Shown here piece after piece: positions 22,223 to 41,678 of a stretch of DNA of 64,000 bases. The stretch lies in NCBI RefSeq assembly GCF_009914755.1, contig NC_060944.1; one strand, written 5' to 3'. Every line of letters begins with the position of its first letter. Position 1 is the first letter of the stretch. The notes beneath the pieces are model-generated. The model saw only the letters and a program-made list of their open reading frames with translations. It was not told the origin of the DNA and made no database searches. Made by a program: the position numbers and the translations under genes. This stretch comes from the human T2T-CHM13v2.0 reference genome, Homo sapiens.

Positions 22223-22624
22223 ATCTAGGGGAAGATGGACAAGAAACTAGCAAACAAGTAAACACATGAGAGTTTCCCAGAGCAGTGAGAGCTATGAAGA
22301 AATCCTGAAGGGTGTGAGCTTGGCTGGCAGGTGGACAGTAAGAGATGGGAACAAGGTTGGAGAAGCTGGTGGAAGCTGGGCCATGCTGGGCCAGATGGAC
22401 ATCCACTCTTTGCTGAGGCCACCTGGTACCGTCCCATCCTCCCCACCCTCTGCCCCTCAGCTGGTGGATCCAGCCCCCACACTGTCCCCTTTCTTTGCAC
22501 ATCCTCCAGTTCAGCAGGGCCAGTGGGCTGGGTGGGGCCTGCGTTAAGAGTCAAGAAGACCTGGGTTCCAGTCCTGGTTCCGTGTGGCTTTGTGCTGTCT
22601 GGTTCCCAGACTGGCGCACTTTGT

Positions 22625-23745
<1,121 letters not shown>

Positions 23746-24353
23746 ATACTTGATGTCAGCCAGAGCCTTTGTGCTGTGACCTGACCCAGCCCCTCTGAGA
23801 GCCCTCCCTCCACAAACCTTGTCCTCACTTGCTCTGCTCCAGCCACACTGACTCTTTGCCAATCCTCAGCACACCAGGCTCAGGCCAAACCAAGTCTTGG
23901 TACTCCCACGTACAGGGCCGGTGGGCTTAGAAACCTCGCCAACCTCTCTGCTCCATGGCAGACAGGAAGATTGAGGCCCAGGCTCAGAAAAGGAAGGGAC
24001 TTACCTAAGTTTTGGACTAGTATTTCCAGGATGTTCCCATTTTACAACAGGGGAAACTGAGGCACAGCAACTGCACCTAAATGCCACCCTCTTGTGAGCC
24101 CTTGCCTTGCTTGTCCTGAGGACGTGCCCCTGTTATTGACTCTGAGAGCTCTATTCCAGGCCATCTTTGCTTCATCTCAATTGGAAATGATGGGCCTATG
24201 GGCTTGTTGGCCTCTTTGGTGTCAGAAGCCCTCAGCACCTGCCCAGCAGTCATACTTGGTAGACATTCGGTGAAGGGCAGAGCAGGTTTTTGCAGAGGGC
24301 TTCCATTTGACATAGGAATTCCTCTGTTAAACAATTGGACGGTACTGCCCTCA

Positions 24354-24844
<491 letters not shown>

Positions 24845-25505
24845 GACCTCTCTGGCCCTCTAAAAGTCCATGTTTTTCCCCATAAGGCAAGGAGAGTTCA
24901 GGAGCCCTGGGGACATGCCCACCAGCAGGCTGCATCCCCCCATAGACCACCCTGGATACTGGGCACCCTGGGATTCCCTGCCCAAATGACCCACGCCTGC
25001 CTCCAGGGCCAGCACTTTGGGAGGTGGACCCTGCCACAGGGACCATCCTGGGGTTCCGGGATGACTGTTTGGGGGCCTGTGGACAGAGCTAGGAGATGTG
25101 GGCTGGGGTATTTGCATCTATGTGGACCCTCGGGGTGAGGGACAGAGTCAGAAACGGAAAGAGAGTGGAGGATGGGCAGCCCCCCACCCATATTTCATCA
25201 TGGAATTCAGAGGAGACCCAGAACTCTGAGTCTGAGCCTGGTTTTCCAGGTTGTTTTAAAGATACAGTCCTCAAGCTAGAAGAATGGAAGATGTTGTGCT
25301 TGTCTGATAGTCGGTAGCTTGAGTTGTAACTTTTATTTATACACAGAGTACGTGGGCCTCGGTGTGTACTCCTGTCCTCAGGCCCACAACATTGAGGACT
25401 GGCTTCAGAGATCCTCCCAGCCTTGCGATCTGGATCTGACCTTCCCGGCACCCCTCCCCGACAATCCAGCTGACCAGCTGACCGCTTTCTGTCTTCTCTC
25501 CCTAG

Positions 25506-25577
25506 GATAGCTGCCGCCCGGGAGAGGTGACCCGGGCGCCCTGCTAGGGTGAAGGCCCCTGCCCTCGGCCCGGGATC
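25506..25577 (+). other. DLGAP4: 5' UTR part of the first coding exon of DLGAP4
   Basis: Acceptor CTTTCTGTCTTCTCTCCCTAG|G at 25505/25506; in-frame TAG at 25545-25547 upstream of the ATG. Confidence 0.85.
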
Positions 25578-26576
25578 ATGAAAGGCCTCGGTGACAGCCG
25601 CCCCCGCCACCTCTCCGACAGCCTAGACCCACCCCACGAGCCCCTGTTTGCAGGGACCGACCGCAACCCCTACCTGCTGTCGCCCACGGAGGCCTTCGCC
25701 CGCGAGGCCCGCTTCCCCGGGCAGAACACCCTGCCAGGAGATGGCCTCTTTCCCCTCAACAACCAGCTGCCCCCGCCCAGCAGCACCTTTCCCCGCATCC
25801 ACTACAACTCCCACTTCGAGGTGCCAGAGGAGAGCCCCTTCCCCAGCCATGCCCAAGCCACCAAGATCAACCGGCTGCCCGCCAACCTCCTGGACCAGTT
25901 TGAGAAGCAGCTGCCCATCCACCGTGATGGCTTCAGCACCCTCCAATTTCCCCGTGGCGAGGCCAAGGCCCGTGGTGAGAGCCCTGGCCGCATCCGCCAC
26001 CTGGTCCACTCAGTCCAGCGGCTTTTCTTCACCAAGGCACCCTCACTGGAGGGCACAGCGGGCAAGGTCGGTGGCAATGGCAGCAAGAAGGGTGGCATGG
26101 AGGACGGCAAGGGCCGGAGGGCCAAAAGCAAGGAGCGGGCCAAGGCTGGGGAGCCCAAACGGCGCAGCCGCTCCAACATCTCAGGCTGGTGGAGCTCCGA
26201 TGACAACTTGGACGGCGAGGCCGGCGCCTTCCGCAGCAGTGGCCCAGCCTCTGGGCTGATGACACTAGGCCGCCAGGCAGAACGCAGCCAGCCACGCTAC
26301 TTCATGCACGCCTACAACACCATCAGTGGGCACATGCTCAAAACCACCAAGAACAACACTACTGAGCTGACTGCCCCACCACCCCCGCCCGCACCCCCAG
26401 CCACCTGCCCCAGCCTTGGGGTGGGCACTGACACCAACTACGTCAAACGGGGCTCCTGGTCCACTCTGACCCTCAGCCACGCCCACGAGGTCTGCCAGAA
26501 GACCTCAGCCACCTTGGATAAGAGCCTGCTCAAGTCCAAATCCTGCCACCAGGGTCTAGCCTACCATTACCTGCAG
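25578..26576 (+). CDS. DLGAP4: DLGAP4 (SAPAP4) first coding exon, aa 1-333
   Basis: MKGLGDSRPRHLSDSLDPPHEPLF...; SAPAP-family motifs KINRLPANLLDQFEKQLP, ESPGRIRHLVHSVQRLF, GWWSSDDNLD, YLQ; donor CAG|GTGGGT at 26576, phase 0 (999 nt). Confidence 0.97.
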
Positions 26577-27356
26577 GTGGGTCTCTGGCAGGGTCAGGGG
26601 TGGGATGAGGGCTCTGGGGACGGCACCAGTTTTGAGGCCTAGACGTACCACAGATTCACTTGGAAAGTCACTTCATTCTGGGCCTCTGTGGCTCAGCTAT
26701 AAAATGGGTGGCCTAGTGGTACCTGCTAATCAGGGAGTCCTTCCACTGGTCATGCTCTCAACAGAGATTAATTAGGGCCTTTCTGAGCCCAGCCCTGAGC
26801 AGGGACTAAAATATGTTCCTGCCCTTTAGAAGACAAATCTGGAAGCTGTGCCATCCCAACCCCCTCACAGAACCAATTGCATGACATTCTAATTGCCAGC
26901 CTCTCCCTGCCACCCCCATCAGACTGACAGTTTTTTGAGGACAGGGATCACATCTGATGCAGCCATGTGTCCCCAAGGCCCAGGACAGGATCTGGCATGC
27001 AGGAAGTGCTCAGGAAATGTGAGCGAGGGAGGGGTAGATGGACAGATGGACAATTAAATGAACAGAGTCAGAAATAAAGAAGACACAGTCCCAAAGATTA
27101 GAATACTGGGAAAGACATGGACGGTCATGTCAGTGTCGGCAGAGTGTGATGGGGATCAGCACCAAGAGTTGCAGGGGCCCAGGGGGTCCTAACCCAGCTT
27201 GGGGGAATAGCTTTCTTCTTTCAAATGCCAACACTGATTCAGGCACTTGCTGTGCACCAAGGCCACATGGCTTGAAAGTGGCAGAAGGCTGAGACATCAC
27301 CGTGGCTGCACATTTCCAAGTGGCTCTCAAGGGTAGGGCAGGGGGCTATGAACTGA

Positions 27357-28101
<745 letters not shown>

Positions 28102-28639
28102 CATGAGATGCATTTTGAACAAGATGATCTTCGGGGTCTAACAAAGCGCTGACTTCTTATCATCTTATATGAAATTCCAGAAACAGTGAGACTATTTTCT
28201 TTTTCAATAGGAGGAAACTGAAATCCAGGCAGTATGTGATATATTTAGGGCTCTTGTGGTTCTGAAACTGCTTCCTTGGTTTAGAAGCATTAGGGAGGGT
28301 GATGTGTGACCGGGCTTCCTCTCAAAATGGTATAGTTGGGTCTGATCATGTAACAATGCCGCAGAAACACCATGAGAGGGTAGCCCTGTGGGCCCTGGAG
28401 TCTGTGCTGCCTGCTTGGGTGACAGGAGGTGAGTGGGTGGCTTAGCAACAGTTTCTGAGCAGTGATGTACAAGGCCATGTTCCCAAGGGACAGTGGGGAT
28501 AGTGGGGCTGGACTAGCAAGTGGCTTGTAGGCAGAATGCACTGGCCCTAGGCTGGGCAGTCTGCTGAGGGTTTATGGGAAGGCTGGGTGGGGCTGGAGTG
28601 GGAGTCCTGGACATTACCTTCCCTTTGTGGAAAGTGGGC

Positions 28640-29200
28640 CTCTGACACAGAGGGCATGGAGAATGGTGCAGTACCTGTGTAGACATGGCCCTTGGGCAGT
28701 GTGCATGTGTATGCTATAGAGAGTGGGAATGCTGTGTACACTGAATGAGTGGGCTTGGACATCTGTGGTGACATGTGCAGTCTGGTGAGGGGTATGCTGT
28801 GTGCATGTGGAGGCGGGGACAGTGCAAGGTAGATACACGTTGAGATGTGTGTCCACAGTGCAGTAGTTGCTGGCGCGAATGTCCAGAGGGAGGGTAGTGG
28901 GAAGGTGGGTGTGCTCTGTGTATATGCTGCATACTTGTGGGGGGGGGTTGCTGTGACAAAGTGGCTGCTGGTGTGTGTCCTTGGTGAGGTGTGTGGTACA
29001 CTGGGGGTACTCACTGAGGGGCATGGGGCATATGCTTGTTCTGTACATTTTGAGATATGTGTACAGGATGAGGCATGTTCACTCTGTGCACAGGCTGTGT
29101 GTGAGTGCTGAGATGTGTGCATTTTTCATCACACAGTGACCATCCATTGTGTTTCCGTAACAGTGTGAATGAAATGGCGAGGAATGTAGCCTGTGTGCAC
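28640..29200. repeat. Degenerate TG-rich low-complexity tract
   Basis: Dense TGTG/GTGT/ATGT motifs; His/Thr-rich junk ORFs on the - strand. Confidence 0.7.
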
Positions 29201-29959
29201 TGCCCTGGGGCAGCCAGCAGAGCCCGGCTCAGAAGGACAGGGAAGGTCCCCTCGGTTGGTTACTGCCACCATAACCACTGGAGACTGGGGGACCAGGGCT
29301 GCCCTCACAGCTGTGACCTCACCTGCCCTATCACAGCCCCGTTCCACGGACGGAGTCCCTGAAGTTCAGATGGGAAAACTGAGCCCTTTTTCCAGCTCAC
29401 CATGTGGCTACCTGACCCGGGGAAGCACCTCTGCTCTCTGTATCTCAGTTTCCCCACCTGTGGGACAAAGAATATCCATTGGCTCTGGGATCCCGTCCCC
29501 CCTCATGCTGATGTGCCAGGGTCGTCTGATCCCCCATTCTAGGCTCAGGCTCTGGATCCTGGTCTGGGGCCTCTTTCTGCAAGTGCCTTGCGTCCCTCAG
29601 GCCTGGTGTTCTCATCTGTGCAGTGAGATCATAAGCATCCCCTGAGAGTCCACGTGAAGTGACTGTGGGGCTAAGTAGAGATGGCTGCAGTGGAGGCCAC
29701 CATGACCACAGGGCCTAGGGCATTGCTTCTGGGGCAAACCCAGCCTGGGATCCATGGAGAAATCCCAGGCTGGAGAGGCTCTGGAACCCCGGTATTCCTC
29801 CCAGCCCAGGGCTCTGCTCTGCTGCCCCGAGGTTTCAAAGGCGGGAAACCCAGCACGTGAGCCCGAATTCTGCAGGGAACGAGGGAGCTTCAGGTCCCGG
29901 AGATGGGGGTTCTCGCCATCTGCTCATTTTCTGCGGTGGCCCCACTGAGTCCTGTGCCC

Positions 29960-31300
<1,341 letters not shown>

Positions 31301-31767
31301 TCACCTGTAACAGCACTGCCTAGGGAAGGCCAAAGCCCGCTCTACCCTTGCTCCTGTAACTGATCCCTGTGGGGAGTTCCGAGATGGGGGAGGGAGGTGA
31401 ATCCAGAAGCCAAAGAGTGATAGACAGACTTTTCCTGTCCCAGTGCCTGCCTGGAATTCACCAGCCAAGCCCCATCGTGTTGCTGTAAGGCTTGGAGGAG
31501 TTAGAGGGAACAAGCTTCTCCCTAGATCTTCAACTAGGGGGGACAGGAGCCAAGGCTTCATGGAGGAGGTGGCCTGGGAAGACTGAGACAGAGGGAAGAG
31601 AACAGGTCAGGTGACACTGGTACCTAGGCAGGAAGAGGGCAGTGTTCTCAGAGCAGCCAGGAGTCTAGTTGACTGGGCAGAAGATAGAGAATGGCCTCCA
31701 GGTTGGAATTAAGGACACCACCAGACAATCCCAGGTCTGCCCTTTTCTGAACCTTAGTTTCTCCATC

Positions 31768-32795
<1,028 letters not shown>

Positions 32796-33611
32796 TGAAG
32801 GGGCTGAGCTGGAGGATCTCTAAGACCCCTTCTAGTACGGAGATCCTACAATCCGAGTGACCAGTAGGCATTAAGGTGGGAGAGGCAGGAAGCCTGGGGC
32901 TTAAGCCTAGAATTCAAGGGAAGCAATAATAATAACAGTAGTAGTAGTAGCAATAATAGTAACAGCTGCCGTCTGTTAGCACTTGTCCGCTGGCCACTGT
33001 GCCTGACCTGATATCCTTTAATCTGCACCACTGAATCCTCACTGCAGCCCCAGCAGGCAGGTAGCATCATCCCCATTTTAGAGATGAGGAAACTGAGACT
33101 TAAGTAAGGGGTAATGACTTGCCCAGGGTCACCCAGCTGAGAAAGCTGGATTCCAATCCAAACCCTTCTGTATCAGGGGCCTAAGCTATTGGATGCTTGG
33201 ATTTTATCCCCAGAATGAGGACTGGGGGATGCCCAGGATCAGGTAGATGTAAGAAAGATTGAAGGGCTGGGGCCGTGGAGATAAGGGGTGAGTCTAGGGG
33301 CCTGATAGAAGCCACTCGAACATCGCAGCAGAGCTGATGCCCTTTGGGAGCCCTAGGCTGTGGAACTTGACCCACCTCTGTCGGGCCTCTGGAAATGTCC
33401 CAGACTTTCAAGGAGGAAGGAAAGGGGCTGTAGAATTGGGCAGGGCCAGCCTCGGGTTTTAAACAGTCAAATGCAAGCTGGTGCTGCCACCCTGCGGCTG
33501 CAGCGGGCATCACAGGTGTGGACCACCTGTGCATCACAGATGGTCAAGGCCTCCAAAAGCTGGGTGAACAATGGGTGGGCTGAGCCCTGTCTGCTCCCCA
33601 CTCCCCACCAG

Positions 33612-33726
33612 GAGTCTGGACCGCCTGGATTCAGTGGACATGCTGCTGCCCTCCAAGTGTCCGAGCTGGGAAGAGGACTACACCCCCGTCAGCGACAGCC
33701 TCAACGACTCCAGCTGCATCAGCCAG
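33612..33726 (+). CDS. DLGAP4: DLGAP4 coding exon, aa 414-452
   Basis: CTCCCCACCAG|G acceptor; (R)SLDRLDSVDMLLPSKCPSWEEDYTPVSDSLNDSSCISQ; donor CAG|GTGAGG; 115 nt, phase 2 to 0. Confidence 0.95.
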
Positions 33727-34899
33727 GTGAGGGTGGCAGGGAGGCTGGAGAGTCAGGGGGCTTGGGTACTGATTCCCATCTGGGAGGAGGACACACGCCC
33801 AGGCCCAGCCCATGCTGAGTGGCCCCCAGATGTCTGCACTGTGCTTCTGTTTGGTCCTTGTTCCTGAAGCCTCCTGTGTGTGTCTCTGCCCCACCAACTG
33901 TCCTGTGGCTGGAGAGCACAGTTACGGGGCCTGACCCAGGACCCCACACCACCACTGTAAACACAGGCTGCCAGCGGGGCGCCTGTCACTTCTCATTGGG
34001 TTCAGAACCATGAGGATAAGGAACTGGAGACCTAGGTTCGAGTCCCAGTTTTGTCACTTGACAGTATGAACCCAGGATAGTCACCTCCCCTCCCTGAACC
34101 TCGGTTTCCTGATTTACCAGAGGAGGGTGAGCATTTCTATCTGGGGGCTGTTGAGAGGAATAAGTGGGATCGTGAAGGCGGTGTGCTCAGCAGAGGGTAG
34201 CTGCCTTCCTGGTTATTATTAGCATCTTTTGTGACCTCCAGCAAGTGACTGCTCACTTTGAACCTCTGTGCCACCTACTCAGTGGGCAGTTGTGCTCCCA
34301 GGCGCAGCCAGCCCTGCCTGTGTCAGTGAGGAGCATACTGGGCTGAACGTTGAATTTGCATGCCACCCTCTCAACCATCAGCTCCTTGAGCCCTTAACCA
34401 CCCCCAGAGGTGGCCTTGTTATCCATATCCCCATTTCATAGGTGAGGCAACTGAGGCTCAGAGAGGTGAAGTCATCATGCAGCTAGGAGAAGACAAAGTT
34501 GGGCAGGGATCTGGGGCTGTCCAGCCCAGACCTGGACCTCAGCTCCTGCCGTGTACTCGGCACTTTAGGGTTTGCAAAGGGAGAACCAGGCAGGACTAAA
34601 AGGCACCCCCCATCGTGTGGATGGGGAGATGAGCCCCCCGAGAAGGCAGACACCTACTGGTAGTAGCAGTTAGGCAGTGGGGCGGCCAGGTGCGGGTCCA
34701 GCCTCCTCTCAGCAGGAACAGGCCACTGTGTGCAGGCCCAGGACCACGGCTAGAGGACTGCTTAGAAGGCTTTGGGACCCCGACTCCTCACAACTCCATT
34801 ATTCCTGGCCTAGCCAAGCTCCTTCCCCAGCCCCTCAGACATGGGGAGGGGTAGAGTGCCGCAGCCCAGGGAGCCCCCTGCCCCTGCCCCCCTCATCCA

Positions 34900-35515
34900 G
34901 ACTCCACCAAGTCACACCTGAACAGCCGTCCTCCAATCCATACTCAGTGGCCAGAGGGAGCTGTCAGAGCCACACCCCTGCTCCAGACCCTCCCTTGGCT
35001 CCCACCTCCCCCTGAGGGAAAGCCAGAGTCCTTACCTGGACCTGTGAAGCCCTGTAAGACCTAGGCCCTGCCTCCCTGTTGGATCCTGTCCCTTGCCCTG
35101 CTCCAGCCATGCCGGCCTCCTTTCTGCTCCTTATATACGAGTGTGCCATGTCATTCTGCTCCAGGCCCTCTGCATTTGCTGTTTCCTCTTCCAGGGGCTC
35201 TCTTCTCAAATCTTTGCACAGCTGGCTCCTCCTGGCGTTTCAGGTCTCTGCTCGAATGTCACTTCCTCAGAGAGGCTGCCTGTGATCACTTGTCTAAAGT
35301 AGCCTTCCCAGGCGCTGTTCCCTTACCCTGCTGTTCCCTTACCTTATCACTGCCTGGAACTAGAATCATTTGCTTATTTACTTAATGCTGTCTCCCTCTT
35401 AAAACTAGGATCTCCTGGGAGCGGAGGCCTTGCTGTCTTGTTCCCTGCAGTGTCCCCAGTACCTGGCACAGTGCCTGGCACAGGGCAGATGCTTAGTAGG
35501 TGTTTGCTGAATGGA
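34900..35515 (+). mobile_element. L2 3' region
   Basis: CCTCTGCATTTGCTGTTTCCTCT...AATGTCACTTCCTCAGAGAGG...CCTGGCACAGTGCCTGGCACA...TAGTAGGTGTTTGCTGAATG. Confidence 0.8.
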
Positions 35516-35928
35516 CGGCATCCCTCCCTGTCTCTCCCATCCCACCACGTTTTCTCGTCTCAGTCTTCCTGTCTGTGTCTGTCTCCGTCTGTTTCTCTCT
35601 CTCTGTTCTCTCTCCCCTCATTCACATTTTTCTCTGATTCTCTCCAGCGTGTCTCCATCTCCATGTCTCTCTCTGTGTCTGTCTGTCTCTCTACACATCC
35701 CATCTCCACCCCCGCCTGGGCCTGGCACCCAGGACACCTTTGTCCTTTAACTACACAAAAAGGCTTATTAATCGGCCAGGCTGGGGGCCGCAGCAGGTCT
35801 CACCCACCACCCGCTGCCCAGTCCCAGTTCTCTCCTAGTCCAGGATCCTCTGACCCCTCACAGCCTCAACTCTAGAAGTTTGAGTGACCCAAGCCATATA
35901 TTTGGCCCCAAAGTCAGAGATATTCTAG

Positions 35929-36367
<439 letters not shown>

Positions 36368-36584
36368 TAGCAGATTATAAGTCCTCAGTAATGCCCAGCC
36401 CCAGAAGGAGTGAGCCTCCCATCCCTGGAAGAAGCCAAGTGAGACCTCCTAGCAGCTGTGTCCCAGCCAGTCTGGGGAGGAGGTTAGACCAGCCAGCTTC
36501 AAGTTTCCTTGCAATTGACCCTGAATCCCCCACCCCAGCCCCAGCCCTGGTCCTTCCATAACCCTCACCCTCTCTTTCCTGCAG

Positions 36585-36635
36585 ATTTTTGGACAGGCCT
36601 CCCTGATCCCCCAGTTGTTTGGCCATGAGCAGCAG
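36585..36635 (+). CDS. DLGAP4: DLGAP4 51-nt coding exon, aa 453-469 (not in the ORF track)
   Basis: CCCTCTCTTTCCTGCAG| acceptor; IFGQASLIPQLFGHEQQ; donor CAG|GTCAGT; phase 0 to 0. Confidence 0.9.
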
Positions 36636-38057
36636 GTCAGTATGTTTGCCCTTCTCTTCCACCCCAATCCCAGAGTGTAGGCCTGGGCCTTAGGCCTGCC
36701 CTCTGAGTGGTCCCAGCACCCGGCCCAGGCTGGTACAAGCAGAGCCATCACCAGGAAAGCCACTTCCAGTGGATGGAGTTGAGGGTCACATTGGTGTCCT
36801 GACTCTCCACTCCCTACCCTTATTGCTTCACCTCTATGTGCTTCAGTTTCCTCCTTTTGAAAATGGGGAAGAATGAGCTAGGTGCTCTGGATGGGGCAAG
36901 AAACAACTCCAGGACTCCTGCCCTCCTCTCTCCTCCCAGAAAGCCTGGGTCAGGCCTGGGGAGACTGAGTTGGACAGGTCAGGGGCTGGGGGCTGGTGAT
37001 ATTAGCTTCCAGGTCCCAGCCCCCAGATCCCTTGGCTTTTCTCCTTTCTGGAGCGCCAGGAGGACATTTAAAGATGTTGGGGTGTTGGAGTGTGTGTGGA
37101 GACTTTCCAACTTCACACAGGTTGGTGAGGTTGTGCTGCTCATGGCACTGTGGCTGCCCTGAGGGCACCACCTCCTAGACATTCCTATCCTGCCCCTGGA
37201 AGTGGCCCTCTCCTCCCTCCCAGGCCAAAGACCAAAAACCAGGGGCAGGAAAGGTACTCTGAGATCAACCCCACTTTGTAGCCAGGAGTGGGTAAGGGAC
37301 TTGTGCAAGGTCACACATCCCACAGGGGCAAAACTAGGACCAGACCTCCAGCTCCTGATTCCAGCCGTGGATGCCCCATGTGTCCCTCTCCCCCATGTCA
37401 CAGAAGCTGTGTGTTCCTCCTGAACACATGATTCAAGAAGTTATTTAAAGAGCCCACAGTGGGCCAAGCGACCTCTTCCTCATCCACCTTTAATAGGCGA
37501 GTGGTAAGGATGTGATGCGTTAACATACAAAGCCCCCAGGACAGTGCCCCCTACACAGTAAATCCTCAGTGATACACATACCAGCAGCGCTGACCAGCTG
37601 GCCTCCCCACCGACAGCTCAAGAGCATCTTAACCAACACTGACAGACTCCACAGTGCTACCTGTATTCGTGGGTAGAGGTTACTAGGTGCATACTCTCTT
37701 GGACTCTATCCTAAGCCTGTGATATGAATTCTCTCATTTCATCTTGACCACAACCCTGAAATGGGGACTATTGCCCCATTTTATAGGTGGGGAAACTGAG
37801 GCACAAAGCAATTAAGTGACTTGCCCACGTTCACATTGTGAGGAAACGATGGGCCAAGGGTTGGACCCCTGGCAGTCTAGTTCCAGAGCCATGTGGTTCC
37901 TGTGTGATCCCAAAGCAAGACCCCATGCCCCCGGCAGTCACAAGGGTCTCTTCATAACTTCAGGCTGCAGTTTTGGAGGAGAAACACCTATCTCTTTAAC
38001 ACTCCTTCTGAGTGAATTTTGGATATGCCACATGGCCTATATTTTAATTTATCAGTA

Positions 38058-39376
<1,319 letters not shown>

Positions 39377-40554
39377 GCACAGATTTAGACCTTTCCATCC
39401 ACCCTCCAAATTGGGTGAACACCCATCTAGTTGTTTGACCTGATGCAGTCTCAGATGAGAATGCGAGCACCTATTTCATGTAGATGAGGAGAAACTGACC
39501 CAGAGAAGATAGTGATGGCCTGAGGTTACACAGCTGGGTGGGACACAGCTGGCCCCAGGCCCAGATCAACCTTTTCCTCCACATGGTCAGTCAGCTTGTG
39601 CCCCCTCCCGCTGTGGCCCAGGCCAGCCCCCAAGATGTCCACATCTTTGGCCAACTGACCCCCCAGCTTATCCTCTGTGGTCTTCAGTTACCAACATGGC
39701 CTGAGACATGGGTCAGATAGCCCTTCCAGAACCCTCAAAGAGTATGTGCATGGTGAGGCCCCTCAATGCTCATACCCTTGGCTTCAGATTTTCAGGGTCC
39801 TAGACAGTCATTTCTGGAGAAATACTTAGGACCCATCTACACAAAGTTGAACTAGATGCAAGATAGCAGATAGCATACACATCACCATTTTCCATACTGT
39901 CCATGGCAGACATCATTAATCAATCCTCACTGCAACTACCCTCACTCCAGTTTTTTGCTTCAGCTTCGTCTCTGGCCTCTGCCTCCATTCCAGACCCCTT
40001 TCCCAACATCCATTCTGTATAAGAGGGCTAGATTAATCTTCCTTAAATACATATTTGGAGTGTTGGTTCTGCCACTTCCTCACTGGGTACCCATGGCAAG
40101 TGTCTTCCCCTCACTGACCCTTGGTTTCTTTCCTTGTAAAATAAAGGGATTGGACCATAGGATGGTAAATATCCAGCTACCTACCGCCACCCCCATTCCA
40201 ACATTCAGGACAGACATTGCTAATTGATTATAGACCTCTTTCACACTAAATTCAGATGTGACCTTGAAATCTATTAATCAGTGTGGACCCTGATTTTTAT
40301 CACAGTTAATATCCTGAGATATTCCAACTTTGTCCTCATTATAGAGATGGGAAAATTGAGGCCCAGAGAGGTAGGACTGTTTCTTTCTTAAGGGCTCCAT
40401 CTCCCCATCCCATACGCTGAGTGAGATGGACAGGGGTGGGCTGAGGTCAGACCCCACAGACTGTCCAGCCCTGCCCTGAGCCCACCACCAAGAACCGCTC
40501 CCCCCAGGATGGGCAAGATAGCCAGCTCCCTCATGCCTGCCTTTGCCTGGACAG

Positions 40555-40795
40555 GTACGGGAGGCAGAGCTGAGTGACCAGTATGAGGCGGCCTGCGAGT
40601 CAGCCTGCAGTGAAGCGGAGTCCACAGCGGCAGAGACGCTTGACTTGCCACTGCCCAGCTACTTCCGCTCCCGCAGCCACAGCTACCTGCGTGCCATCCA
40701 GGCAGGCTGCTCGCAGGAGGAGGACAGTGTCTCCCTGCAGTCCCTCTCCCCACCGCCCAGTACCGGCAGCCTCAGCAATAGTCGCACGCTTCCGA
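40555..40795 (+). CDS. DLGAP4: DLGAP4 coding exon, aa 470-550, with a GK-binding repeat
   Basis: GACAG|GTACGG acceptor; VREAELSDQYEAACESACSEAES...YFRSRSHSYLRAIQAGCSQEEDSVSLQS...RTLP; donor CGA|GTGAGT; 241 nt, phase 0 to 1. Confidence 0.96.
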
Positions 40796-41054
40796 GTGAG
40801 TACTGTGATGAGGGAAGGGGTTTTTTTTCTTTTCAAGGGGACCCCAAGGACCATACCTGGAGGGCCAGCCTGGGAGGATACAGGGAGGAATCTGTCTCAG
40901 GCTGGCCCGCACCAGGGGGATGGTTGGGAGCAAAAGCAGGAGGCCTTGGAGCTGAACTTCCAGCCAATTGGCCACTGGAGCTCAAATGGGGGTCCCAGAG
41001 GCAGATGCCACCCCTGGGGGGCATGGGAGGTATTGGAGGGGCTGGAGCTTGTAG

Positions 41055-41618
<564 letters not shown>

Positions 41619-41678
41619 TGATCAGAGAAAAAAGGGGACCCTGTATAACTGAGCAAGCCATGAAATAATAGAAAATTG

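Noticed and set aside
25623-26486. Antisense ORFs over the large exon
   Set aside because: Expected shadows of a GC-rich coding exon.
26577-26642. Last 21 aa of the 354-aa ORF (VGLWQGQG...)
   Set aside because: Read-through past the CAG|GTGGGT donor into intron.
32846-33076. Poly-Leu ORF resembling a signal or transmembrane peptide
   Set aside because: Reverse translation of an (AAT/AGT)n simple repeat beside a MIR.
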